Below, one piece after another: positions 21,820-30,254 of a stretch of DNA of 64,000 nucleotides (positions within the stretch are counted from its first letter, which is position 1; the number at the start of each line of letters is the position of its first letter). This DNA is from a virus. Under the pieces are notes generated by a model. That model ran no database searches. It worked only from the letters and a program-made list of their open reading frames with translations, and was not told where the DNA came from. The stretch spans positions 1 to 64,000 of the IMG/VR virus record IMGVR_UViG_3300036759_000025; one strand, written 5' to 3'. Made by a program: the position numbers and the translations under genes.

Positions 21820-23132
21820 GCCCGCTCACTCCAGGCCAGCAGAGCACAGATAAACGCCCGCCTGGTATTGCGACTGCATTCCGCAACAAGGACTACGAGC
21901 GCGAGATCGCGCGCCTCAAGCGGATGTCTGGCTCGGGCAGTGGCGGTGGTAGTTCAGTGCCGATTGAAGCATGGCGCAATGTCGGTACGGCTGGTAATCC
22001 CGCGTTTATCAATGGCTATGGCAACTACGATACTGCCAACTATCCTGCCGTTGCGTTCCGCAAGATGCCAGATGGCATGGTGCAGTTGCGCGGGTTGCTC
22101 ATAACTGGAACGGCAGGCAGCAACGCATTTACGCTGCCTACGGGCTATTTGCCAGGGAACAAGGAGTTGCTGTTCAACTGCCAGGCGTCCAGCCCTGGTC
22201 AGTGTCGCGTTGACATCCTTGCTAGTGGTGGCGTGTTCGTCAGTGGCATGACTCCCGGCTCTTGGGTCGCGCTCGATGTGATCGAGTTTGATAGTGGAAC
22301 TGTCGCTACGTTCCCGACTGGCCCTGCTGGTCCAACAGGCCCGACGGGTGCGACTGGTCCTACTGGTCCCACTGGTGCGACAGGTGCCAAGGGCAACAAG
22401 GGTGATACTGGTGATCAAGGCCCACCTGGTCCTCCTGGCACTGAGGTGTACTACGAGGGCAGCACCGGCAACTATGTGAACGCCATGGGCAGTGGCGACA
22501 AGATCATGCCGTTTCCAAGGGGGTCTGGCAACGGCAATATCAAGCGCCTGATCCCATCCGATCTCTTCACGTTCAACGTAGATGGCAGCTTGACTGTCGT
22601 CTATGCGGCAACGTACAACATCACCGTGTTCATGCAAGCTCTGTTCATGGATGGCCTCGGTGCCAGCATCCCTGACAAGGAGATGTGGTTCTGGGTTCGT
22701 AAGGGCACCAACATGTCGTCTGGATTCACGCAGTTGGCAACCGTGGCGCGGGTTGTTCCAGAGTACGGTGATGATGCAGCCAGATTGACACTCTCTGGAT
22801 CGGCGTACTGTGTTGTGGGCGAGAAGATCTGGGCTGGCTGTGCAGGGATCGGTGGCACGCAGGACTTGTTCTGGAACGTCAACTACGCCAGCATCTTCAC
22901 TCCGTCCGGTCCTGGCCCGAAGGGCGACACGGGAGCGCAGGGCGTCCCTGGTACGGCAGCGATGAATCCGGTGAGCAGCCTCCCGGCATCCAGTGCCAAT
23001 GTGGGCGACATGGTTCTGTTGACAACTACCAACACGCCTTACTTCTGGAGCGGAAGCGCCTGGCTGCCGTTTGGGACTGGCAGTGGCGGCAGTGGCTCGA
23101 AGGCGTTCAGCTTCTTCATGGGAGGCGAGTGA
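21816..23132 (+). CDS. collagen-like tail fibre protein
   Basis: 438 aa. N-terminus MSPLT, one copy of the W.x.G..G.PAF...FRK.PDG domain, then 13 GXY triplets ([40 protein letters not shown]) and a C-terminal globular part. ATGA overlap upstream. Confidence 0.7.
   Translation: MSPLTPGQQSTDKRPPGIATAFRNKDYEREIARLKRMSGSGSGGGSSVPIEAWRNVGTAGNPAFINGYGNYDTANYPAVAFRKMPDGMVQLRGLLITGTAGSNAFTLPTGYLPGNKELLFNCQASSPGQCRVDILASGGVFVSGMTPGSWVALDVIEFDSGTVATFPTGPAGPTGPTGATGPTGPTGATGAKGNKGDTGDQGPPGPPGTEVYYEGSTGNYVNAMGSGDKIMPFPRGSGNGNIKRLIPSDLFTFNVDGSLTVVYAATYNITVFMQALFMDGLGASIPDKEMWFWVRKGTNMSSGFTQLATVARVVPEYGDDAARLTLSGSAYCVVGEKIWAGCAGIGGTQDLFWNVNYASIFTPSGPGPKGDTGAQGVPGTAAMNPVSSLPASSANVGDMVLLTTTNTPYFWSGSAWLPFGTGSGGSGSKAFSFFMGGE
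22320..22439 (+). repeat. collagen GXY triplet array (13 triplets)
   Basis: [40 protein letters not shown]. Confidence 0.9.
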
Positions 23133-23467
23133 TGGCCGAAACCTACAAGGTGCTGGCGCAGGGTGTGAAGGCTGCGACGGCGGGCGCTGTGACGATGTAT
23201 ACCGTCCCGGCTGCTACTCAGGCGGTCATCAAGTTCATGAGCTTCGTGCAGGACGGCACTTCGCTCGATGCGCGCTTCAACGTCGAGGTCGATGGACCTG
23301 CCAATGTGCCGGGTATTGGTCAGGTTACGCTCAGCCAAAACGAGTGGGCCGAGTGGGAAGGCAGCTTGGCACTCAACGCCGGTCAGGTGCTCAAGCTCAA
23401 CCTGCTCTCGGGTACAAGCGGTGCTGGTCTGAGCGCTTACACGATCAGTGGTGTGGAGATCACATGA
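23132..23467 (+). CDS. hypothetical small beta-rich protein in fibre module
   Basis: 111 aa from ATG 23132, which shares one base with the upstream TGA (23130-23132). Embedded between fibre genes. Confidence 0.45.
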   Translation: MAETYKVLAQGVKAATAGAVTMYTVPAATQAVIKFMSFVQDGTSLDARFNVEVDGPANVPGIGQVTLSQNEWAEWEGSLALNAGQVLKLNLLSGTSGAGLSAYTISGVEIT

Positions 23468-24057
23468 GTCCGCTGACCGTATACAGGTCGGATGGTACTC
23501 GCCGTGGCTACATTGCTTCATCCCCGCCATTGGTAACAAGCTTGCCAAGTCCTGCGGCGGATGGGCAGGAGGTCTACTACCGCTTCACCCCGAACACCAC
23601 ACCGGCCAGTACGATCCCGCTGCTCTGGTATCTGCGCTACGACGCTGCGATATCAGCTTGGTTGCCGATAGGTGATCAGCGCCCGATCCTGGCTGCTTAC
23701 TACCCCGGTTCCTCAACCTCAATGGGGGTGAATGCGTGGGGCACTTACGACGCTAATGACCCACGTCTGACTATTCCGTTGCTCGGTACCTACGAGGTTG
23801 AATGTGGCTTGAGCGAGGTGTACGGCCCGACGGCGGCGAACTTCGCCATCGGTCTGGCCAAGAATGGCGTTCAATGGTCTGAGGGTGGCGCAGCGTGGAG
23901 CACTGCCAACTGGGCGGTAGCCGGACAACTCCGTGACATCAACACGTTTGTTGTCAACGACACGCTGCGCATGTACTACTTCCTGGCGGCAGGCGCACCG
24001 ATGAACATCGTCATGCGGGGCCGCTACGTGACTGCTCGACCCATGAGGATCGGCTGA
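23464..24057 (+). CDS. short tail fibre / receptor-binding tip protein
   Basis: The true start is taken as ATG 23464 (MSPLTVYRSDG...), with an ATGA overlap. The upstream part of track ORF 23071.. is Gly/Arg-rich junk. The product aligns by eye with the C-terminal ~175 aa of the 777-aa fibre. Confidence 0.55.
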   Translation: MSPLTVYRSDGTRRGYIASSPPLVTSLPSPAADGQEVYYRFTPNTTPASTIPLLWYLRYDAAISAWLPIGDQRPILAAYYPGSSTSMGVNAWGTYDANDPRLTIPLLGTYEVECGLSEVYGPTAANFAIGLAKNGVQWSEGGAAWSTANWAVAGQLRDINTFVVNDTLRMYYFLAAGAPMNIVMRGRYVTARPMRIG

Positions 24058-26390
24058 TGAGTCCGCTCACCGTCTATGACAGCATCGGCCGTCCGAAGGG
24101 CTCGGGCGGAAGTGCCATCATGCTTGATGTTTGGCATACGATTGGCAATGCGGGCGAGCCTGCATTCGGTACCGGTTGGGGTGCACAAGCTGGCAAGAGT
24201 GTGCAGTTTCGCAAGGACCCATTTGGCAAGGTGATGGTTCGTGGGGCGTTCCGCAGCACGCTCTCATGGGCATTCACACCGCCGACCAACAATGTGTTGT
24301 TCACGCTGCCGGTTGGCTACCGACCTGTCATCGATTGGCAGTTCAAGATCCTGACGATTGAGCCGTCTGGGGCCAATTCCTCGGCGCTTCACGTGGTCGG
24401 CCTGGTGTCAGCGGCCGATGGCACTGTGGCGCTCACCGGGCAACTTGGTGCGAGTGGACCGACCGGAGCCAGTGGCACCTACGTGATTGTTGATGAGATC
24501 GACTTCGATACTGGATCAGTAGCCTCCTTGCCAACAGGCCCGCCTGGTCCTCCTGGTCCTCCTGGTGGCAACTCGACTGTTCTGATGGACACGTGGCACT
24601 CGGTAGGGGCGGCAGGGGAGCCCGCCTTCCAGAATGGCTGGGTCAACTACGACAACAACAGCGCGGCACCTGGACCGGCCCCGCAGCGCAACGTCAGGTT
24701 CCGCAAGTACCCGGACGGCCGCGTTGCGCTGGCTGGGCTGATCAAGGCGTCAGGAACCAACGCCTTCCAGACGGTGTTCACGCTGCCTGTCGGGTACCGG
24801 CCGACGACCAACGCCTCCGCGTACAACCCGATGTTCGGCAACAGTGTGGCCTACGGCTTCACGCAGTTCACCGTCTACCCGAACGGCAACGTCGAGATCC
24901 ACGGCACGGTCGGCTACTGCTACCTCGACGGCATCGAGTTTGACACCGAGACTGTCACTGCTATACCAACTGGTCCCAAGGGCGATAAGGGCGACACGGG
25001 CGGCAATGCGACGGTACCGATCGAAGATTGGCGTGTTGTTGGAGCTTCAGGTCAGCCTGCATTCGAGAACGGCTGGACCAACTACCTCAATGCCTATGCT
25101 GTTGCTGCGTTCAGGAAGATGCCAGACGGCACGGTGCGCCTGCGCGGTACGGTCAAGAGCGGTTCAATAGCAACAACCATCTTTACACTTCCTGCGGGCT
25201 ATCGGCCTGCCAATGGCGTCTTGACGCCAGCAGTAGTCAACTTTGTTGGTGCAGCCTACTCCGCGTCGGGCATTGCGATCATGCCGGATGGCCGGGTGAA
25301 TCACCAGGGCGGCTCAGGCTCCAACGCACAGTGCTGGATCGATGTCTCGTTCATGGCCGAGGACGTTCCGGTCACGCAAATGCCAACTGGACCTATTGGC
25401 CCTCAAGGTCCGCCTGGCAACAGCGTTACCGTGCCGATGGACATCTGGCACCTGGTTGGCGCGGCGGGCGAGCCCGCGTTCGCCAATGCCAACTGGAAGA
25501 ACTACGGCAGCGGAACCACGGCAGTGGGCTTCCGCAAAGACCCGCTTGGTCGCGTGTTTCTCAAGGGCGCGCTGGGTGTGCAGACGGCGCAGATTGGGAC
25601 GGGTACGAACATCTTTGTCCTGCCTGCTGGATACCGCCCACCAACAAACTTGATCTTCGATGCGAGAACTGCCAGTGGCGCGTCAGATACGAATGCGCGG
25701 GTTGATGTTCTGGCAGATGGCAGTGTGCTATTCCAGAACATCGGGACTTCTGGTCCAGCGCCCGTGGGAATCCTCATCTCGCTTGATGGGCTGTTCTTTG
25801 ACACTGAAGCTGTCACTGCGATGCCAACCGGTCCGATGGGACCCACTGGTCCTGCCGGTCCACTTGTCAATGTGCTTCCTGGTGGTGCTGCGGACGGCCA
25901 GGAGTGCTTCTACGCCGCCGACCTTGCCAACGGTGTGTTCTGGCACCTGAAGTTTGTCCAGTCGATTGGCAGGTGGGTGGTTGTTGGTGGAAGCCCGCTG
26001 GTGGCCGAGACGCTGGCAGCCCAGGGTGCGGTGACCAGCACGACCTACGTCAACCTCACCCCGGCCCTGACACTGCCGTTGGTGGGCATCTATGACGTGA
26101 CGATCTACAGCGGCGGGGCGGGATGCGAGGGACCGGCTGGTCAGACCGGCTCGATCTCCTACAAGATCGGCGCGGCGGCAGCAGTTGATGCAGATGCCTG
26201 CGTGATCCGCAATGAGGCGGCTGGATCTAACAACTGGGTATCCATTAGCTCAACACGTCGCAAAACGATTGCTGTAGCTGGGACCGTTTTGCAGACACAG
26301 GCCAAACGTGATTTGACGGGCAACTTCTACTGGAATGGCAACGGAGCTTGGCCTTATGGCATCAGGGCGATGCCGGTCATGATCGGATAA
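24057..26390 (+). CDS. long tail fibre with four tandem domain repeats and short collagen linkers
   Basis: 777 aa. N-terminus MSPLTVYDS, four repeats of a ~130-145-aa module each ending in PTGP+GXY triplets, and a C-terminal tip domain homologous to the 23464..24057 product. Confidence 0.7.
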   Translation: MSPLTVYDSIGRPKGSGGSAIMLDVWHTIGNAGEPAFGTGWGAQAGKSVQFRKDPFGKVMVRGAFRSTLSWAFTPPTNNVLFTLPVGYRPVIDWQFKILTIEPSGANSSALHVVGLVSAADGTVALTGQLGASGPTGASGTYVIVDEIDFDTGSVASLPTGPPGPPGPPGGNSTVLMDTWHSVGAAGEPAFQNGWVNYDNNSAAPGPAPQRNVRFRKYPDGRVALAGLIKASGTNAFQTVFTLPVGYRPTTNASAYNPMFGNSVAYGFTQFTVYPNGNVEIHGTVGYCYLDGIEFDTETVTAIPTGPKGDKGDTGGNATVPIEDWRVVGASGQPAFENGWTNYLNAYAVAAFRKMPDGTVRLRGTVKSGSIATTIFTLPAGYRPANGVLTPAVVNFVGAAYSASGIAIMPDGRVNHQGGSGSNAQCWIDVSFMAEDVPVTQMPTGPIGPQGPPGNSVTVPMDIWHLVGAAGEPAFANANWKNYGSGTTAVGFRKDPLGRVFLKGALGVQTAQIGTGTNIFVLPAGYRPPTNLIFDARTASGASDTNARVDVLADGSVLFQNIGTSGPAPVGILISLDGLFFDTEAVTAMPTGPMGPTGPAGPLVNVLPGGAADGQECFYAADLANGVFWHLKFVQSIGRWVVVGGSPLVAETLAAQGAVTSTTYVNLTPALTLPLVGIYDVTIYSGGAGCEGPAGQTGSISYKIGAAAAVDADACVIRNEAAGSNNWVSISSTRRKTIAVAGTVLQTQAKRDLTGNFYWNGNGAWPYGIRAMPVMIG
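24114..25859 (+). repeat. four tandem protein-domain repeats with PTGP-GXY linkers inside the 777-aa fibre gene
   Basis: Units lie at approximately 24114-24566, 24567-25001, 25002-25418 and 25419-25859. Conserved blocks are W(H/R).(V/I)G..G(E/Q)PAF, FRK.P.G.V, F.LP.GYRP and FDT..V...PTGP. Confidence 0.8.
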
Positions 26391-26398
26391 GGAGGAAC

Positions 26399-26662
26399 AT
26401 GAGCAACCAAGTTGTCTGTGACGATTGTGGCAATGTCATTGATACGACTCAGCCATACTTCGTCGTGACCGGCGTCAAGCAACAGATGGTCGATGGCGTG
26501 CCGACTGTCGTGGAGGCAGCGGTCACGGTGGACTTCCATGTGGACCATCTGCCGTGGGAGTTGCCTGCTGCACCCACACCCCAGCAGCCCATCGCAGCCC
26601 AGCCAGAGCAGGAGCAGCCGCCTGCGGGAGAAGAGCCTGCGCCAGTGCGCGCAGAAGGGTAG
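26399..26662 (+). CDS. hypothetical protein (CxxC N-terminus, Pro/Gln/Glu-rich tail)
   Basis: ATG 26399 lies 3 nt after TAAGGAGGAAC. 87 aa reading MSNQVVCDDCGNVIDT... Confidence 0.45.
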   Translation: MSNQVVCDDCGNVIDTTQPYFVVTGVKQQMVDGVPTVVEAAVTVDFHVDHLPWELPAAPTPQQPIAAQPEQEQPPAGEEPAPVRAEG

Positions 26663-26674
26663 CATCTAAGTTGT

Positions 26675-26956
26675 ATGTTGTTGCTGGCGGCAATCGCATG
26701 GGCAGAGGTGGTCCCGCTGATCATCGGCATCTTCGGTGTGGCGGGATTGATCTTCACTGCGCTGCGCTACCGGCGCGACGATACAACTGCGGTCCTCAAC
26801 CAGCAGAGCTTGATTGTCAACGAGATGAAGACGCTCAACGACACGATCCGGATCGAGCGTGATGAGTTGAAGACCAAGGTGGAAGAACTGACAACACAGG
26901 TTGCAGCACTTCGGGAGGAACTGCAAGCCGCATTGAAGGGAGTTGGCAATGGCTGA
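26675..26956 (+). CDS. membrane protein with N-terminal TM segment and C-terminal coiled coil
   Basis: 93 aa. Hydrophobic LLLAAIAWAEVVPLIIGIFGVAGLIFTAL followed by heptad-like LNDTIRIERDELKTKVEELTTQVAALREELQAAL. Confidence 0.5.
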   Translation: MLLLAAIAWAEVVPLIIGIFGVAGLIFTALRYRRDDTTAVLNQQSLIVNEMKTLNDTIRIERDELKTKVEELTTQVAALREELQAALKGVGNG

Positions 26957-27821
26957 ACCTGATTTCGCCAGTCTGCTGACTGAAGTCCAGAAGGGCAACA
27001 GGTCGATGCTGCGCTATGCGCGTATGCGACTACTGGCAACCTGGATGGTGATTGGGTTGCTGGCGATCTTGACGGCAGTTGCGCTCTCTGCTGCCAACCG
27101 AGCCACCAAGACCAATCTCGACCAGACCGAGGACATCGCTCGCGTCTCGCAGCAGACCGCCGATGCAGCCGCCAAGGGCAATGAGCAGACCGTCGCCTAT
27201 CTCAAGGGCGAGCAGGGTATCCCTGGTGTGCCTGGTGCCAATGGCCAAGATGGTGCTCCCGGCCTGCCGTCGTCGGTGCCGGGGCCGACTGGCTCACCAG
27301 GACCAAAGGGTGACAAGGGGGATGCTGGAACCAATGGTACGAGCGGCGCGATGGGTCCGATTGGACCGGCTGGTGCTCAAGGAATCGCCGGTATCGCTGG
27401 TACCAACGGCACTACTGGCCCAGCCGGTGCCAACGGTGAGCAGGGTTCCAAGGGAGAGAATGGCACCCAAGGTGATCAAGGCCCGAAGGGTGACAAGGGT
27501 GATACCGGCCCACAGGGTCCGAAGGGCGATCAAGGCCCGCAGGGACCGCCTGGTGACCCGCACGTCCTGCGCTCTCAGATCGCTGTCCTGGCCAGCGCTA
27601 ACGACACTACTGCCCACAAAGTTGTCACAGTCCAGTGTCCGGCCGGAACCACGATCTCAGGCGGTGGCTTCGCCACTGTGCCGTCTGATCCAGGTATCGA
27701 TGTGTCTGCCTCCAACCCGGTTGGCACATCAGGATGGTCATCCACAGCGGATGTGCTGTCATTGCCGCCTGGTACGACCTGGCAGCTACTTGCGATGGCG
27801 ATCTGTGTCGGACCGGCTTAG
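26949..27821 (+). CDS. membrane-anchored collagen-like protein
   Basis: ATG 26949 follows GAAGGGAG. TM segment LLATWMVIGLLAILTAVALSAA, then about 38 GXY triplets with one SSVP interruption. C-terminal Cys-containing domain (VVTVQCPAGTTISGGGF...AMAICVGPA). Confidence 0.65.
   Translation: MAEPDFASLLTEVQKGNRSMLRYARMRLLATWMVIGLLAILTAVALSAANRATKTNLDQTEDIARVSQQTADAAAKGNEQTVAYLKGEQGIPGVPGANGQDGAPGLPSSVPGPTGSPGPKGDKGDAGTNGTSGAMGPIGPAGAQGIAGIAGTNGTTGPAGANGEQGSKGENGTQGDQGPKGDKGDTGPQGPKGDQGPQGPPGDPHVLRSQIAVLASANDTTAHKVVTVQCPAGTTISGGGFATVPSDPGIDVSASNPVGTSGWSSTADVLSLPPGTTWQLLAMAICVGPA
27207..27560 (+). repeat. collagen GXY triplet array (about 38 triplets, one SSVP break)
   Basis: GEQGIPGVPGANGQDGAPGLP-SSVP-GPTGSPGPKGDKGDAG...GPQGPPGDP. 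Confidence 0.9.
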
Positions 27822-28042
27822 GAACCTGGTATGTCAACTGCGGTCACATCCATGGCGAGCACTGGGTGGCCCACGAACCCTGCCCGTGCCGTCCGGGTGG
27901 GCCAGCCCCTTGCGCTCCCCGGCTCGCCACGGGGTAGCGCGGGGGCTCGGACTTGCACACTCCCAAAACCAACAACCAAGGAGGTATCGCTTGCCCACAG
28001 GGCAGACAGGCTCGTTCCAAATCGTCATGCGCTAGTAACCCC

Positions 28043-28288
28043 ATGGCGATGACGGCACAGGCTACCCCAAGCCGTGAAGCTAGGAGCCTGTTCAACAATA
28101 TGGTTGCCTATGCGCAACCTCTGGGAGAGAGTCGGAACACTCTCCACATCGACGTTGGCAATGTGCTTGTCGTAGGGTGTCAACGTGCTCGCCAGGGCCT
28201 CGACGCAGCGGCCTCGGTGGAGATCAAGGAACTGCTAGGCGAGAACTGGATCGCCCCGGCCCCAGGTGGGGGCTGGTTCCTCGGTTAG
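28043..28288 (+). CDS. hypothetical small protein (weak call)
   Basis: It is the only ORF covering this stretch. Third codon positions are more A/T than in neighbours and there is no clear SD. A strong hairpin starts 15 nt after its stop. Confidence 0.25.
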   Translation: MAMTAQATPSREARSLFNNMVAYAQPLGESRNTLHIDVGNVLVVGCQRARQGLDAAASVEIKELLGENWIAPAPGGGWFLG

Positions 28289-28302
28289 AGCGGATTGTTC
28301 GG

Positions 28303-28333
28303 GGTGGCCAGACTGGCAGTCGGTCTGGCTACC
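28303..28333 (+). terminator. 11-bp stem hairpin at the end of the late (structural) gene block
   Basis: GGTGGCCAGAC-tggcagtcg-GTCTGGCTACC with one G.U pair. It lies 15 nt after the stop at 28288 and has no U-tract. Confidence 0.4.
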
Positions 28334-28494
28334 TCGACGGTCATGCTGCTTACAACACAAGTGTTTGACGATCGCTAGGTAGGGTATGTTGCCGATGCGG
28401 CGCGGCTCGGGACTGACCACCCCCATCCGCTGCCAGGCCCCATCGCAAGAGGGAGGGGCAGAGGGCCGGTGTACTTGGGAGTGTGCATCGGCCC

Positions 28495-28704
28495 TCAGTC
28501 CTGCCTGCCAACTCCCCTGCTACAACGAACACAAGTCTCGTTCTCCACCAGGTCAAAACAGACGGGACACACACCATATTGCCACTCGATCCAGAGCGCG
28601 TTGCGATCGGCCGTGCTCATATTGCGATATCTGAGCAAATGCCAGGCTGCATGGCAGCGCCTTTTCATCCTTGTCAACCTGGTTGAAGGCACGACGCGGT
28701 ACAT
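28495..28704 (-). CDS. small zinc-ribbon protein, N-terminal half resembles endonuclease VII-type proteins
   Basis: The only convincing minus-strand gene. The ATG at 28704 lies 7 nt after GAGGAG. CPVC-x9-CVRC pair. ...STADRNALWIEWQYGVCPVCF... resembles the y..ll..Q.g.CaiC segment of Endo VII, but no DH.H/CN catalytic motif follows. Confidence 0.35.
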   Translation of the reverse strand: MYRVVPSTRLTRMKRRCHAAWHLLRYRNMSTADRNALWIEWQYGVCPVCFDLVENETCVRCSRGVGRQD

Positions 28705-28721
28705 CTTCCGTCTCCTCGGCG

Positions 28722-28733
28722 CTGGGATCATAG
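28722..28733 (-). promoter_or_regulatory. candidate -10 element (CTATGATCCCAG) for the minus-strand zinc-ribbon gene
   Basis: On the minus strand it reads CTATGATCCCAG, 22 nt upstream of the ATG at 28704. Confidence 0.3.
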
Positions 28734-28739
28734 GCCAAT

Positions 28740-30254
28740 GTGTTAGACTTCTGCGTCGTGGAGATCCCTGCCGTCATTGATAACCATGTCAGGGTGGACG
28801 GTAACTACCTCGGTGCCGACCTCACCGAGCAGATTCTTGACGAGCTAACGCTGTTGAACCCGGCCTGGGTGGAGGCCAGCAAGCGCAACGGCCGGGTCAA
28901 CGGGGACATCAGCAAGCACATCATACTGGCTGACCTGGATGGCGACACGCTCGTCATGCCACGCGGCTATGCCTATGAGTTCAAGCTGCTGCTGCGCGAG
29001 CATGGACACACTGTCAAGTGGATTGACAGGCGCAAATGGAAGCGTGGTCCGGCGTTCGGTGTGCAGAAGTTCGGCTACCGCCCACACCAGGTGGTCGCGG
29101 TGCGGCGGATGCGTCACCATCAGCAGGGGATCTATGAAGCGCCGACTGGTTCCGGCAAGACGGTGGCGGTCTGTGGGCTGATCTGGGAGCTTCGCCCAGC
29201 CAAGGCCATCATCCTGGTTGACAAGATCGAACTGATCCACCAGTGGCGTAGGGAACTGCTCAGGCACACCGGCTGTCCAGAGTCGATGATCGGCCAGATC
29301 GGGCAGGGGAAGTGGGTTGAGCGGCGGATCACGATCGCCACGGTCCAGAGCCTACGCAAAGCGCTCAGGGAGGGTCGTCTCGACCAGTTCTGGTTCGATC
29401 AGTGGGACTTCATGGATCTGGACGAGTGTCACCACGTCACCGCTGACACCATCATGGATCTTGTCAGTCTCTTCCCGGCGCGGATGCGGCTCGGCAACTC
29501 GGCCACCCCGGACCGGCAGGATGAGAAGTTCGATATCGCTCTCGACGTGATTGGAGACGTGGTTCACAGTGAGGCCGAAGAGGAGTTGCGTGCAGCGGGT
29601 TTCATCACTGCACCAAAGGTCTACCGGATTGTCACGGACTTCAACTTCCCGTACCACCGTGATCACCGCTCGGGTCCCAAAGGCCAGTGCGAGATCGAGG
29701 GCTGCAAGATCTCCCGCCAGCACTCGCACCGCAACAACTACCACAAGCTTCGAGCGGCGCTTGTTGCAGATCCAGCGCGCAACGCGCTGGTGGCAGCAGC
29801 GATCCTTGAGCAGATCCGGCAAGGGCGACACATCCACCTGGTGATCTCCGACGAGGTGGGCCACCTGGAACACCTGATGACCTGGTATGGACGTGGTGCC
29901 AAGCGAATGCGGCTTGCACTTCCGCCAACCTACTTGTTGACTGGCAAAACGCCGAAGGCGCGGCGGGCCAAGATCATCGATGATGTCAATTCACTTGACG
30001 ATGCTGTGCTGTTCAGCACCGTTGCCAAGGAGGGCCTGGACATCCCGATGATCGATCGCATCTACCTGCCGTTCCCTGGCTCACAGCCAGCAGCCACCGA
30101 GCAGAAGATCGGGCGGGGGACACGTGCTCGTAGCGGCAAGGGCGAGACGCTGATCTTCGACTTCTGCGATGCCAAGCTGAAGGTGCTGCGCAGGCAGTTC
30201 AAGAACCGCCGTACCAAGGTCTATGACAAGCTCGGGCTGGAAGTGATCTTGTGA
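28740..30254 (+). CDS. SF2 DEAH-box DNA helicase
   Basis: 504 aa. Motif I YEAPTGSGKT, motif II LDECHH, motif III SATP, motif VI QKIGRGTR. GTG start, with an alternative GTG at 28758. Confidence 0.75.
   Translation: MLDFCVVEIPAVIDNHVRVDGNYLGADLTEQILDELTLLNPAWVEASKRNGRVNGDISKHIILADLDGDTLVMPRGYAYEFKLLLREHGHTVKWIDRRKWKRGPAFGVQKFGYRPHQVVAVRRMRHHQQGIYEAPTGSGKTVAVCGLIWELRPAKAIILVDKIELIHQWRRELLRHTGCPESMIGQIGQGKWVERRITIATVQSLRKALREGRLDQFWFDQWDFMDLDECHHVTADTIMDLVSLFPARMRLGNSATPDRQDEKFDIALDVIGDVVHSEAEEELRAAGFITAPKVYRIVTDFNFPYHRDHRSGPKGQCEIEGCKISRQHSHRNNYHKLRAALVADPARNALVAAAILEQIRQGRHIHLVISDEVGHLEHLMTWYGRGAKRMRLALPPTYLLTGKTPKARRAKIIDDVNSLDDAVLFSTVAKEGLDIPMIDRIYLPFPGSQPAATEQKIGRGTRARSGKGETLIFDFCDAKLKVLRRQFKNRRTKVYDKLGLEVIL

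Noticed and set aside
23071-23463. The N-terminal 131 codons of track ORF 23071..24057.
   Set aside because: The product is Gly/Arg/Cys-rich junk overlapping two better ORFs (21816..23132 and 23132..23467). The conserved MSPLTVY start at 23464 with its ATGA coupling is the sensible start.
21816-26390. A diversity-generating retroelement targeting the fibre tips.
   Set aside because: No reverse transcriptase ORF was recognised, and no template/variable repeat pair with adenine-specific mismatches was seen. The similarity between tips is at the diverged-protein level, not near-identical DNA.
27990-28034. A 14-codon TTG mini-ORF directly after a perfect AAGGAGG in the late/early junction.
   Set aside because: It is too short and unsupported to call as a gene. 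It is mentioned only as part of the junction finding.
28265-28335. A tRNA-like impression (ctcggttagagcgg resembles a D-arm, gttcgggg a T-loop).
   Set aside because: I could not build a cloverleaf. There is no complementary acceptor stem, and the T-stem arms (ggatt / gtggc) do not pair. The region is better explained by the 11-bp hairpin at 28303-28333.
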